Shown: one piece after another, positions 47,974-57,966 of the stretch
How positions within the stretch are numbered: position 1 is the first letter of the stretch
Layout: each line of letters begins with the position of its first letter
Virus record (IMG/VR): IMGVR_UViG_3300021425_002553
Coordinates: 1-60,661 of that record
Source of the DNA: a virus
Lineage: Duplodnaviria > Caudoviricetes
Length of the DNA: 60,661 bases
Strand: one strand, 5' to 3'
Notes under the pieces: model-generated
What the model saw: the letters and a program-made list of their open reading frames with translations, nothing else
Told to the model about the DNA's origin: nothing
Database searches by the model: none
Position numbers and translations under genes: made by a program

Positions 47974-48319
47974 TCCAACTTCTGAAATTTATATACAAAC
48001 AGTAGTAACAGATAACACTAACAGTGATTATCCAAATTCTATTGTTTCAATTTACTGGAGATTGAATAGTGCATTGGGTTCAGTCAAAACTGAAAGAGAA
48101 TATGTAACTAATTTTTCTCCAGTCTTTGATGAAAATTTTGTTTCATTTTCTTCTGTTACGGATGAAACTATGAAGACCTGGATTAAATCTGAACTTGGTA
48201 CAAAGTACACAGATTTAGTATCTTTAACTGAACAGTGGGTTTCTGAATTCCAAGATAATGATACTGATAAAAATTATTACTTTTACAATACAACGGAAAA
48301 CCAATGGCAGTTGCAGTAG
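47966..48319 (+). CDS. hypothetical protein, possible fibre-associated
   Basis: FVSFSSVTDETMKTW...LG pattern. Confidence 0.6.
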   Translation: MSDPTSEIYIQTVVTDNTNSDYPNSIVSIYWRLNSALGSVKTEREYVTNFSPVFDENFVSFSSVTDETMKTWIKSELGTKYTDLVSLTEQWVSEFQDNDTDKNYYFYNTTENQWQLQ

Positions 48320-50010
48320 TCGTAGCAGATAATATAAGATTAAACGATGCCGACGATGTTACAGTAGGTACTTGGGTTAGTCCTGGTGGTGGTGCTGGTG
48401 CAGTTACTGAACCTGACGTGTTCCTGCAAGGTGCTGCTGCTATTTCAAGAAAGATTTCTGCTGCTGGTAGAGGAATATATTATACGAATGGAACCACAAT
48501 TGATATGACTGCAATTAATCGCAGGCATATGATGTTTAAAGTTATTATTACTAACCCAAATGCTATGCCAACAGTTGCTGCTGGTGGTCTTTATATTTGG
48601 ATTGGTGATAATCAAACAAATAATTATAGAAATGTATATTTTGGAAGTGATGCCTATCCGATTAAAGGTGGTTGGGTAATCGTTCCATTTGCTCCTGGAT
48701 CTTCTTGGGCTACAACAGCTGGATCACCTTCTGCTTTAACTGCTGTTGATAGTTTTGGTATCCAATCTGATGCTGCATTTTCAGCAACAGCAAAAGCAGA
48801 AAACGTTATTATTGATGCTATTGACGTTGGACTTGGACTTGATATTACTGGTGGAACTGGTGCAGATCCCGCTGCAAATTTTCAAGACCTGATTGATTTT
48901 GACCAAGGAACAACTGCAAACAGGTTTGGGTTTGTTACAGAAGACCAAAGTATTATTAGTGTATTTGGAAGAATTGGTATTGGTTTATCTGTAGCACCTA
49001 CTTTAGACTCTTTATATCCAACAAGATTTGAAGATGATGGTAAAATTATTCTTTTCCCTGATGGATTATTTGAAGAGAGTTTTTCTGGTTTAGATATTCA
49101 CACTGGAACAGGAAGTACTAGTACCAGTTCTAACATTAGAAACTGTACTTTTATTGGAGTTAGTACTGGTGGTGGATCAGTTGATACAAGACCCGATTTT
49201 ATTTTAGAAGGTACGGTTGGTGTTGCCACGTTTTTCAATTGTGTGTTTGAAAGAGTTCATGATTTCAATGAAAAAGATTCTGGAAATTATGAAATTGAAT
49301 CTTGCACATTTGAAGATATTGAAATTTATGAACATAGAGGTGGAACAATTACAAATACGAAGTTTGTTATTTCATCAAATAATTCTTCAAATATTGGAAT
49401 GATGACCTCTTTTAGTGGAACAGGAAATATTTCTAATACTACTTTTGAGACACCTGGATCTAGTGGACATGCGATTGATATTAAAACTTCGGGAACTTAT
49501 AGTTTTGTAGGAAATCAATTTACAAACTTTGGTGGAACAGGTGGTAGTAATACTGTAGAAAATAGTGGTGATTCTAATGCTGCTATTTTAAATAGTTCTG
49601 GTGGTCTTGTGACGATTAATGTTTCTGGTGGTGGAAATCAACCATCAGTAAGAAACACTGGAACGGGATCTACTACAATTGTAAATGCTAATGTGACCGT
49701 TAATATTCAGGGACTTCCAAATACTGTGGGAGCAGCAAACAGTACAGAGATTAGAGTTTTTGATAGGTCTCAAATAGATCCAGTATTGGGAATTACTACA
49801 ACAGAGATTGCTGGTACTGAAAATCATGTAAGTGGAGACTTTACTTTTAGTGTTGGTGCTGGAACAACATTTGATATAAGAGTTTTAAATCTTGACTATA
49901 TTCCGGCATTCCTTTCAAATCAGACAGCATCCACAGATCCAACCAATATTCCAGTTGACTTAAAATTGGATAGAGTTTATGATGATGATACTCCACCAAC
50001 TGGAGAGTGA
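48304..50010 (+). CDS. putative structural protein with beta-helix-like region
   Basis: Repeated N-C-x-F/NTxF/GNQF turns; G/T/S-rich. Confidence 0.7.
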   Translation: MAVAVVVADNIRLNDADDVTVGTWVSPGGGAGAVTEPDVFLQGAAAISRKISAAGRGIYYTNGTTIDMTAINRRHMMFKVIITNPNAMPTVAAGGLYIWIGDNQTNNYRNVYFGSDAYPIKGGWVIVPFAPGSSWATTAGSPSALTAVDSFGIQSDAAFSATAKAENVIIDAIDVGLGLDITGGTGADPAANFQDLIDFDQGTTANRFGFVTEDQSIISVFGRIGIGLSVAPTLDSLYPTRFEDDGKIILFPDGLFEESFSGLDIHTGTGSTSTSSNIRNCTFIGVSTGGGSVDTRPDFILEGTVGVATFFNCVFERVHDFNEKDSGNYEIESCTFEDIEIYEHRGGTITNTKFVISSNNSSNIGMMTSFSGTGNISNTTFETPGSSGHAIDIKTSGTYSFVGNQFTNFGGTGGSNTVENSGDSNAAILNSSGGLVTINVSGGGNQPSVRNTGTGSTTIVNANVTVNIQGLPNTVGAANSTEIRVFDRSQIDPVLGITTTEIAGTENHVSGDFTFSVGAGTTFDIRVLNLDYIPAFLSNQTASTDPTNIPVDLKLDRVYDDDTPPTGE

Positions 50011-50059
50011 CGTTTATAAATATAGATAAAGAAAAAAATCCTTAAGGTTTTTATAGAAG

Positions 50060-52603
50060 ATGGCAAAAATTACAGATCCAGATAATCTAGCCTACGCGGA
50101 TTATACATACGAAACTGCAATTGATCCTGATACTGCCGATGGTGGAAGTGCTGCACACCTTTTAGTTGACTTTGCACAAAGAAAGTTTGCACTAACGGCA
50201 CCTCTTTATGGACAGACTGCAAGAGGTGGTGTTGGAACACTGGTAGGTTTTGCTAATACTGGTGGTGTTTCTGGTCAGGCATTGTATTCTAAGTTTAAAA
50301 ATATTTGGAAGGAAGATCCTGAGGCAATTAGATTCCCCTTCCCAATGGAAGCTATCACGCCTGAGTCCTTCGAATTTATTAATAACTGGACTCCTGATGA
50401 AGAGACTTTAGATAGTAGGTCATCAACACCATTCATCACAAGAAAACTCATAAGAGATGCTGGTTGGGCAGAAAAGAATGCTGTAGGTAATATTAAGAGA
50501 AAGTATTTCGGTATTATTACTCTGGGTGGTATTTCCGTTAGTGGTCTTAATGTAAATGCAACTTTTCCAGGAGGTATCGCTACTGTATATTGTTCACAAT
50601 TTGATCCTGGTATTACAACAAGTATTGATCTGTCATCAGTAAATGCTGATACAACACTGAATAGAATTATTTTTGATGATAATGCAGTTGACATGTATAC
50701 GGGCAACCGTGTTATTGTTCAAGGATCCTCTGCATCTGTTGGACTTGGTGCAAATGTAACTCATAATGATGCATTCTTTATCTCATATGCAGATGGCGAT
50801 GCTGCAGGACAACCACAACCAACTGGTGTGGCACACTCATTCTCACTTCATACCACAAGAGCTGATGCACTTGCTGGTATTAATAGTGTTTCACTGTCTG
50901 GTGGTACTAGTGGTGTCGTAACATTCAGAAACCAGTCTGATGGACCTAACTTTGTTATTGGTATTACTGAAGAGGGTGGTCAGGCAAACGAACCATTTAT
51001 CTTCTATGCAACAAAGAATGATGATGGGACTAACGTTCTTTATGATTATACCGATTACTTTAAGATTTACTATAGAGAAGAAGGAAAGACTTATGCCGAA
51101 CAGTCAATCGATCAGATTGGTGTTACCGTTCTGAACAACCAGGCATACAGAATTCCTCTACAAAGTATTCCTGATCCCAACATCGATACTTCTTTATATA
51201 CTGACTCCCAAATTGTTGCAAGTTCTGATATTGCGGGTATTGGAGTTTCATTCTATCAAAGCCCTCAGACAATTAATGTTGGTACTGGATCATCAACATA
51301 TAATGTTTATGTCAATGCAAATGGACAACCACTGAAAGCAGTTTATGCTAAGATTCAGTATCTGTTGAGAAATGGAGGTGCAGGAGATACATCACCTAAA
51401 GTTAATGCAACTCCTGCAAGTGGTATTAACACCTCAATCAACTCTCTGAGTTCGATTGGATTTGGTACTGATACTGGTGCTACGGATCAGTTCCTCAATG
51501 ACTTCCGTTATGGTAAGATTGAAGAGCCACTTATTGAGTTCGTTGGTGTCGAACTTCTTGCCAAGAAGAGAGCAGATATCTTTGGTGAAACTGGTGGAGG
51601 AACAAATCATGGTGTTTACATTGCTAATGTAAATGCTTCTGACCTGAACTCTATTGCATACTTTGATAACTTTGGAAATAAAGTTATTGAACCATTCGTT
51701 GCCGATGCTACGATTACCTTCAATGCATTCTTGTCTGGTGATGGAGATGCTAGATTCTGGGTCTTCTATGATGAAGCAGACGATGGATCTGAAGTTCCAA
51801 TTCCAGGACTATCCACATCAATTTCTAAGAGCACTGCTGCAACTGTTGGTGGTGGAAGTAATGGTATCAATGCCACATTAGATAGATTTGTGACTGGAGA
51901 GGGTGCAAGTGATAATCACCCATTTGTACAAGGACAAAAAGTTGTTGCCATTGGTACTGCTGTTGATGTTGGTGCTGGTTTTGCTTGTACGACATCATTC
52001 GATCCAACAGTTTTAGGTGCTGGTGGACAAGGAATTGCGACTGGAGTTTACTACCTTAATGTACAGAAGACCGCAGGTGTTGCACAAACCTATCGGGACA
52101 TTACAGAATCTGGAACAAACAATCCTTCAAGTAGTGAAAATGTGATTGGTGTCGGTATTACTCAAACCTTTGCACTGCATAGTTCATATGCGGATGCAGT
52201 TTATGCTAATGTTGGTATTAGAACAGTTCAACTTACTGTGGATACAGAAACAGTTGGTGTCGTAACATTCAGACAATTGGATGTTAATTACTCTGAATCA
52301 AATGCAACTGTCATCCAATCATCCGATAAGCAAAGTGGTGGACAGATCTATTTTGACGGTGTAGATATCCCTGATAGTGGAACTTTCCAGATTACATATG
52401 ACTATGACTCAAACTCTCAGAGAAATAGAATTCCTGGAAATGCCGATAATACTGGTGGAAACTTTGATCCTAGATTAAAAGTTGTTGCAGTTGGTTTACA
52501 GACAGGTCAGTTTGCACAAGCAACAGCAACGTTGACAAGAACCAAGTCACAGTCAATCACGGTTACAGGACCTCTTGAAAGGGTTTACTCTGATCCTGCT
52601 TGA
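50060..52603 (+). CDS. large putative virion structural protein
   Basis: TATAAATA upstream; MAKITDPD, QALYS..K..W, FPFPM, IRDAGWAE. Confidence 0.72.
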   Translation: MAKITDPDNLAYADYTYETAIDPDTADGGSAAHLLVDFAQRKFALTAPLYGQTARGGVGTLVGFANTGGVSGQALYSKFKNIWKEDPEAIRFPFPMEAITPESFEFINNWTPDEETLDSRSSTPFITRKLIRDAGWAEKNAVGNIKRKYFGIITLGGISVSGLNVNATFPGGIATVYCSQFDPGITTSIDLSSVNADTTLNRIIFDDNAVDMYTGNRVIVQGSSASVGLGANVTHNDAFFISYADGDAAGQPQPTGVAHSFSLHTTRADALAGINSVSLSGGTSGVVTFRNQSDGPNFVIGITEEGGQANEPFIFYATKNDDGTNVLYDYTDYFKIYYREEGKTYAEQSIDQIGVTVLNNQAYRIPLQSIPDPNIDTSLYTDSQIVASSDIAGIGVSFYQSPQTINVGTGSSTYNVYVNANGQPLKAVYAKIQYLLRNGGAGDTSPKVNATPASGINTSINSLSSIGFGTDTGATDQFLNDFRYGKIEEPLIEFVGVELLAKKRADIFGETGGGTNHGVYIANVNASDLNSIAYFDNFGNKVIEPFVADATITFNAFLSGDGDARFWVFYDEADDGSEVPIPGLSTSISKSTAATVGGGSNGINATLDRFVTGEGASDNHPFVQGQKVVAIGTAVDVGAGFACTTSFDPTVLGAGGQGIATGVYYLNVQKTAGVAQTYRDITESGTNNPSSSENVIGVGITQTFALHSSYADAVYANVGIRTVQLTVDTETVGVVTFRQLDVNYSESNATVIQSSDKQSGGQIYFDGVDIPDSGTFQITYDYDSNSQRNRIPGNADNTGGNFDPRLKVVAVGLQTGQFAQATATLTRTKSQSITVTGPLERVYSDPA

Positions 52604-52634
52604 TGATAAAATAATTACTTCAAGATAATGTATA

Positions 52635-53282
52635 ATGCCTAATCCATTTCAGGTTGCTGGTACTAATGATACATTTACTTTCAACGGTGCTATAAAAGAA
52701 ATTGAAGTGGGAGCAGCAACTTCCACTTTCAATTGCCAGTATGTTTATTCGTTCTGGAAACAATGGACCTCAGAAGGTAATGCACAATATCTCCCTGCTT
52801 GGCGTCCTGTAGGTGGCGATCAATTGGGTGGTGGTAATAAAGTTGCTTTCTATGCATTCCTTGCAAATGGATGGAGAGTTCGTATCCCTACAGGATTATC
52901 GGACTTATTTGTTACTGGTGGTATTCTTGCTACAAATGAGTTAGATAACCCTTTTAGATTTGATGGGGTGTTGATTACACTTCAGCAACCTGTTTCTGTT
53001 CAGTTTGTTGATAACCCTAATGTTATTGAACTTGAAAAAGAAGTAGAGAGACTTGCAAATCAGCAAAACAATACAATTATTCCAAATCAGGTTTCGATTG
53101 CTGCAACAGCAGATAAGACTTATGAAAAACTTGTATCTGTTGGTAATACGGTAGATTCTATCTTAAGCAACACTGTTGGTATTAATAACGTTGTTGTAGA
53201 TACTAATAACCGTGTAGTTTCTATTGCAGCCACTGCGAATGATATTAAGAAGAATACGAATCTTATTCCAGCACTTCTCTAA
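52635..53282 (+). CDS. putative structural protein
   Basis: YSFWKQW, PVGGD, FLANGWR plus C-terminal coiled coil. Confidence 0.68.
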   Translation: MPNPFQVAGTNDTFTFNGAIKEIEVGAATSTFNCQYVYSFWKQWTSEGNAQYLPAWRPVGGDQLGGGNKVAFYAFLANGWRVRIPTGLSDLFVTGGILATNELDNPFRFDGVLITLQQPVSVQFVDNPNVIELEKEVERLANQQNNTIIPNQVSIAATADKTYEKLVSVGNTVDSILSNTVGINNVVVDTNNRVVSIAATANDIKKNTNLIPALL

Positions 53283-53284
53283 GA

Positions 53285-53340
53285 GACACTTGAAGAATTG
53301 TCTACTGACCCTTGACGGGTCTTTTTTTATGCGTTATATT
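53285..53340 (+). terminator. terminator with embedded sigma70 promoter and upstream palindrome
   Basis: GACCC-TTGAC-GGGTC plus T-run; TTGACG(53312)-N17-TATATT. Confidence 0.65.
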
Positions 53341-53444
53341 AATCAGGTTCTCGATTCATCCCTTCTCAAATGGGGACTTGACGGGACCCCTAAAATAGGG
53401 TAACATAAATACATGGACAGGTCAGGACTTCCTGACCGACCGAC

Positions 53445-53546
53445 TCCCCGTAAACCAAGACCTATAGGGAGTATAAACACGTCTTTCATATCCTCGCTAA
53501 GGGTGCGAGGAAATAGTAACTCCACCATTTCCCTGATGGTCTTACT
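53445..53546 (+). ncRNA. PhotoRC-II-like leader RNA of psbA
   Basis: Structured 5' UTR (CCTCGC/GCGAGG and ACCAT/ATGGT hairpins) directly upstream of phage psbA; TTGACG-N17-TAACAT promoter at 53378. Confidence 0.65.
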
Positions 53547-53560
53547 TTTTGTTCATAACA

Positions 53561-54640
53561 ATGGCACAAACTCTATCAAGACAACAATCACAATCCTCGT
53601 GGGACAATTTCTGCGAGTGGGTAACTTCTACCAATAACCGCCTCTATGTCGGTTGGTTCGGTGTACTGATGATTCCAACTCTGTTGGCAGCAACCATCTG
53701 TTTCGTCGTAGCTTTCGTCGCTGCTCCACCTGTGGACATCGATGGCATCCGTGAACCCGTCGCTGGTTCACTCATGTACGGTAACAACATCATCTCTGGT
53801 GCAGTTGTTCCCTCTTCCAACGCAATTGGACTCCACTTCTATCCCATCTGGGAAGCCGCATCGCTCGACGAGTGGCTGTATAACGGTGGTCCTTTCCAAC
53901 TCGTAGTCTTCCACTTCCTCATTGGCATCTATGCATACATGGGTCGTGAGTGGGAACTCTCTTATCGTCTGGGTATGCGTCCTTGGATCTGTGTTGCTTA
54001 TTCTGCACCTGTTGCAGCAGCATCCGCAGTCTTCCTGGTCTATCCTTTCGGTCAAGGTTCTTTCTCTGACGCAATGCCCCTGGGTATCTCTGGTACGTTT
54101 AACTACATGCTCGTGTTCCAGGCAGAACACAACATCCTGATGCACCCATTCCACATGTTGGGAGTCGCTGGTGTCTTCGGTGGTTCACTGTTCTCCGCAA
54201 TGCACGGCTCACTGGTTACGTCCTCACTGGTTCGTGAAACCACTGAAACCGAGTCCCAGAACTATGGTTACAAGTTCGGTCAAGAAGAAGAGACCTACAA
54301 CATCGTTGCAGCTCATGGCTACTTCGGTCGTCTGATCTTCCAATATGCATCCTTTAACAACAGCAGAAGTCTTCACTTCTTCCTGGCAGCATGGCCTGTT
54401 GTTGGCATCTGGTTCACTGCACTTGGTGTCTCCACCATGGCCTTTAATCTCAATGGATTCAACTTTAACCAGTCGATCATTGACGGTCAGGGTCGTGTCC
54501 TGAACACCTGGGCAGACGTACTCAACCGCGCTGGTCTCGGAATGGAAGTAATGCACGAGCGTAACGCTCACAACTTCCCACTCGACCTGGCAGCTGCTGA
54601 GTCAACTCCTGTTGCACTCACCGCACCTTCGGTTGGTTGA
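53561..54640 (+). CDS. psbA: photosystem II D1 protein
   Basis: Full D1 ([23 protein letters not shown]); E130 form; no intron. Confidence 0.99.
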   Translation: MAQTLSRQQSQSSWDNFCEWVTSTNNRLYVGWFGVLMIPTLLAATICFVVAFVAAPPVDIDGIREPVAGSLMYGNNIISGAVVPSSNAIGLHFYPIWEAASLDEWLYNGGPFQLVVFHFLIGIYAYMGREWELSYRLGMRPWICVAYSAPVAAASAVFLVYPFGQGSFSDAMPLGISGTFNYMLVFQAEHNILMHPFHMLGVAGVFGGSLFSAMHGSLVTSSLVRETTETESQNYGYKFGQEEETYNIVAAHGYFGRLIFQYASFNNSRSLHFFLAAWPVVGIWFTALGVSTMAFNLNGFNFNQSIIDGQGRVLNTWADVLNRAGLGMEVMHERNAHNFPLDLAAAESTPVALTAPSVG

Positions 54641-54744
54641 TAACAACTGAGACTCCGTATAAAGAGGCTGAGATCATTCGTGATACTTGGCCTCAACTAT
54701 ACAGACCTTCTAAAAAAAGAATAATCAAGAAGGGGTCCAAGTGA
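54637..54744 (+). CDS. possible microprotein (35 aa)
   Basis: TTG overlapping psbA stop; [24 protein letters not shown]... Confidence 0.4.
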   Translation: MITTETPYKEAEIIRDTWPQLYRPSKKRIIKKGSK

Positions 54745-54833
54745 CCCCTTTTTTTATTGAGTACAAATACTCTTGACCCCTTCTGTAAAGAAGTGTAAAC
54801 TAAATATTGAAAGAATTCTAAGAGGTTTTACTT

Positions 54834-55895
54834 TTGGCTTCATCTACACTTTCTATTCCTAAACAGGGAGGAGGTTGGTTCGATGTTCTCGATGACTGGC
54901 TTAAGCGTGATCGGTTTGTGTTTGTCGGTTGGTCTGGCATACTTCTATTTCCGACAGCTTATCTCGCTATTGGCGGGTGGCTTACAGGAACCACCTTCGT
55001 TACCAGTTGGTACACCCATGGCCTTGCGTCTTCATATCTGGAGGGGGCTAACTTTCTTACTGCAGCTGTATCTACTCCAGCTGATGCTATGGGACATTCT
55101 CTTCTACTGTTATGGGGTCCTGAAGCTCAGGGAGATTTCGTCCGCTGGGTCCAACTTGGGGGACTCTGGGCTTTTGTGGCTCTCCACGGTGCATTTGCCC
55201 TTATAGGGTTCATGCTTCGACAGTTTGAACTTGCACGTCTAATCGGTATCCGTCCGTACAATGCGATTGCTTTTTCAGGTCCTATTGCCGTATTCGTTAG
55301 TGTTTTTCTCATCTACCCACTTGGACAATCCAGTTGGTTCTTTGCGCCATCGTTTGGCGTTGCGGCGATCTTTAGATTCCTACTTTTCCTACAAGGTTTC
55401 CACAACTGGACACTCAACCCCTTTCACATGATGGGTGTTGCAGGTATCCTGGGTGGTGCATTGTTAAGTGCTATCCATGGTGTTACAGTGGAGAACACAT
55501 TGTATCAAGATGGTGAACAAGCTAACACGTTTAAAGCGTTCGATTCAACACAAGAAGAAGAAACTTATTCCATGGTTACGGCAAACCGTTTCTGGTCTCA
55601 GATCTTTGGTATTGCTTTCAGCAATAAGCGTTGGCTTCACTTCTTTATGCTTTTCGTTCCTGTCATGGGACTTTGGACAAGTTCTATTGGTATCATCGGT
55701 CTCGCACTCAATCTTCGTGCTTATGATTTTGTGTCTCAGGAGATTAGAGCAGCAGAGGATCCAGAGTTTGAAACGTTCTATACGAAAAACATCCTCCTCA
55801 ATGAAGGACTCCGTGCCTGGTTGGCTCCTGTAGACCAACCACACGAATCATTTGTATTCCCAGAAGAAGTGTTGCCAAGAGGCAACGCACTGTGA
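54834..55895 (+). CDS. psbD: photosystem II D2 protein
   Basis: [16 protein letters not shown] ... [10 protein letters not shown]. Confidence 0.99.
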   Translation: MASSTLSIPKQGGGWFDVLDDWLKRDRFVFVGWSGILLFPTAYLAIGGWLTGTTFVTSWYTHGLASSYLEGANFLTAAVSTPADAMGHSLLLLWGPEAQGDFVRWVQLGGLWAFVALHGAFALIGFMLRQFELARLIGIRPYNAIAFSGPIAVFVSVFLIYPLGQSSWFFAPSFGVAAIFRFLLFLQGFHNWTLNPFHMMGVAGILGGALLSAIHGVTVENTLYQDGEQANTFKAFDSTQEEETYSMVTANRFWSQIFGIAFSNKRWLHFFMLFVPVMGLWTSSIGIIGLALNLRAYDFVSQEIRAAEDPEFETFYTKNILLNEGLRAWLAPVDQPHESFVFPEEVLPRGNAL

Positions 55896-55903
55896 TATAA
55901 TAT

Positions 55904-55928
55904 GGGGGTCTTCGGATCCCCTTTTTTT
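55904..55928 (+). terminator. rho-independent terminator
   Basis: GGGGGTC-TTCG-GATCCCC plus T-run. Confidence 0.85.
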
Positions 55929-55933
55929 ATACC

Positions 55934-56824
55934 ATGAAACTCTGGATGCTTGGTAATCGTCTCACTACTGAGATGTATGAACGTGAAAGATTTATCGAAG
56001 AATCTGATAAATATGGTATAGATTTTTCGGTAGTTTTTGCTGATGAAATCGACTTGATCGTTTCCCGAGATGACCGCAAATCCATTCGATATCGTAATGA
56101 TATTGTCAGTCTCCCTGACTGTTTACTTGCTCGTACTGGCTCTGGTACTGGCTATTTCAATCTCAGTGTTCTTAGACAATTTGAACGACTGAATGTAATG
56201 ACAATGCCAAACTCTGCTTCTATTGAAGCATCGAAGGATAAGATGTATGCTAACCAGATTATGGCACAAGCAGGACTTCCTATCCCAAAGACGATGCTGA
56301 CAAGATTTCCTTGTAAATCGGAAACTGTTGAGAAGCAAGTAGGATTCCCTTGTGTCCTAAAAGTGGTCACAGGATCTCATGGTGCTGGTGTTTTTCTTTG
56401 TGAAGATGCTAAACAGTTTGAGGATTTGTCAGAACTTATTTCTTCCCTTGAATCAAAATCTTCTATGATTGTTCAGGAGTATGTAAAAGAATCGGAAGGA
56501 AGAGACCTTCGGGTTATTGTTATTGGTGGTAGAGTTGTTGGGGCAATGCAACGCAAGTCTACTGATGGTTCATTTAAAGCCAATATTTCCCGTGGAGGTA
56601 AAGGGGAAACATACGATGTTGATGACGAATTGGAAATGCTTAGCATTCAAGTTGCAAAAGTTCTTGATCTTGATATTGCTGGCGTTGATTTACTATTTCA
56701 CAGTGATGGATACCGAATCTGTGAAGCAAACTCATCCCCAGGATTCCAAGGATTTGAAGAAGCATTAGATATTAATGTTCCTCAAAAAGTTTTTGACTAT
56801 GTTAAACTCAGATGTGGAGGGTGA
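55934..56824 (+). CDS. RimK family ATP-grasp alpha-L-glutamate ligase
   Basis: DKMYANQ, GSHGAGV, VQEYV, DLRVIVIGG, FKANISRGG, AGVDLL, EANSSPG. Confidence 0.9.
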   Translation: MKLWMLGNRLTTEMYERERFIEESDKYGIDFSVVFADEIDLIVSRDDRKSIRYRNDIVSLPDCLLARTGSGTGYFNLSVLRQFERLNVMTMPNSASIEASKDKMYANQIMAQAGLPIPKTMLTRFPCKSETVEKQVGFPCVLKVVTGSHGAGVFLCEDAKQFEDLSELISSLESKSSMIVQEYVKESEGRDLRVIVIGGRVVGAMQRKSTDGSFKANISRGGKGETYDVDDELEMLSIQVAKVLDLDIAGVDLLFHSDGYRICEANSSPGFQGFEEALDINVPQKVFDYVKLRCGG

Positions 56825-56906
56825 ATAAAACCACTTCCACAACTGTCACAGCACTCCTTCACAGGGGTGCTTTTTTATTGTATAATACTCTTAGTGTGGA
56901 TTTATT

Positions 56907-57116
56907 ATGAATAACTTTGAAGTATTCTTTTACTTCGTTTGCTTTGCTATTATTGCAGGAGGTGCCTTTGCATTGATGTGGTCTAATATCCGTGATATCA
57001 ATAGAGTCATGGATCAACCTAAACCACGTCACCCCGAGGCACCAGTTCCTGGTGATGAGGTAATGTATGTTGATCTCTCTAAAGAAAGATTAGAGAACCT
57101 TTATAATCAAGACTGA
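56907..57116 (+). CDS. DUF2973-like small membrane protein
   Basis: TM helix plus RHPE motif. Confidence 0.65.
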   Translation: MNNFEVFFYFVCFAIIAGGAFALMWSNIRDINRVMDQPKPRHPEAPVPGDEVMYVDLSKERLENLYNQD

Positions 57117-57346
57117 TGGAACTTATTCAACCTGATGATCCACAATACTTCTCACAGACTTCTGATGGTTTGTATGATCGACATCACTACAAAGTTGTAG
57201 GAAAGAATGGTGATAGTATTGTGGTTGACAATTGGCAAACTACTCATGAGATATGGTGGAATCGAAAGGTATTCCTTTCACATATCGAAGTCCTGGATAT
57301 CAACAATCCACCACACAAGGCTCGTTCACAAAAAGGTTTTGGTTGA
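57116..57346 (+). CDS. hypothetical protein
   Basis: TGATG overlap; ends KGFG. Confidence 0.7.
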   Translation: MELIQPDDPQYFSQTSDGLYDRHHYKVVGKNGDSIVVDNWQTTHEIWWNRKVFLSHIEVLDINNPPHKARSQKGFG

Positions 57347-57410
57347 CACCACCTCATGAAGAGTATATACTGGAGGGGATGACCCTCCTTTTTTAATATT
57401 AATATATAAT

Positions 57411-57635
57411 ATGACAAAAGATGAATCAAAGTCTTGGAGAGAGGACTACAAAAAGTATACTAATGACCCAAGAGATCTTAAAAGATTAGAGGAGGGTGCC
57501 GTTTCTTTGGCATCTTCTTGGCATCTTCAAGCCATGTATAATAAGTGGAAAAAGATCAAGGGTATTGAAGATCCTGAACCTCCAAACTGTCAGTCATCAT
57601 TCAAAGAGTGGAACAAATCCACCAAGGATCAATGA
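57411..57635 (+). CDS. hypothetical protein
   Basis: 74 aa; TTGACA-N17-TATACT upstream. Confidence 0.65.
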   Translation: MTKDESKSWREDYKKYTNDPRDLKRLEEGAVSLASSWHLQAMYNKWKKIKGIEDPEPPNCQSSFKEWNKSTKDQ

Positions 57636-57726
57636 AAGATCACAGTATATTCCCCCCGCTTATGAATCAAGTGGGGGGATTCCTAATCTCACTAATTACA
57701 ATCTCGATTCCATTCCTGATACTATT

Positions 57727-57966
57727 ATGAACAACTTCGCAGTTTATTCAAAGATTGGTTGTCCTTACTGTACTAAGGTTATTGGTGCATTACAACTTGC
57801 TGAGTTGAGATTTGTCGAGTATAAACTCGGTAGAGATTTCAACAAAGAAGGATTTTATGAGGAGTTTGGTAAGGGTGCAACCTTCCCACAAGTTCTTGTA
57901 GATGGTAAAAAACTTGGCGGATGCATGGAAACTGTTAAATATCTCAGAGAAAATAAACTTGTCTGA
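57727..57966 (+). CDS. glutaredoxin
   Basis: CPYC, TFPQV, LGG. Confidence 0.93.
   Translation: MNNFAVYSKIGCPYCTKVIGALQLAELRFVEYKLGRDFNKEGFYEEFGKGATFPQVLVDGKKLGGCMETVKYLRENKLV

Noticed and set aside
53561-55895. Group I intron in psbA or a homing endonuclease between psbA and psbD
   Set aside because: D1 and D2 are uninterrupted and the spacer is only ~190 nt
57641-57690. Hairpin TCCCCCGCTT/AAGTGGGGGA upstream of glutaredoxin as a novel ncRNA
   Set aside because: A single stem with no further structure, most simply a processing or stability element
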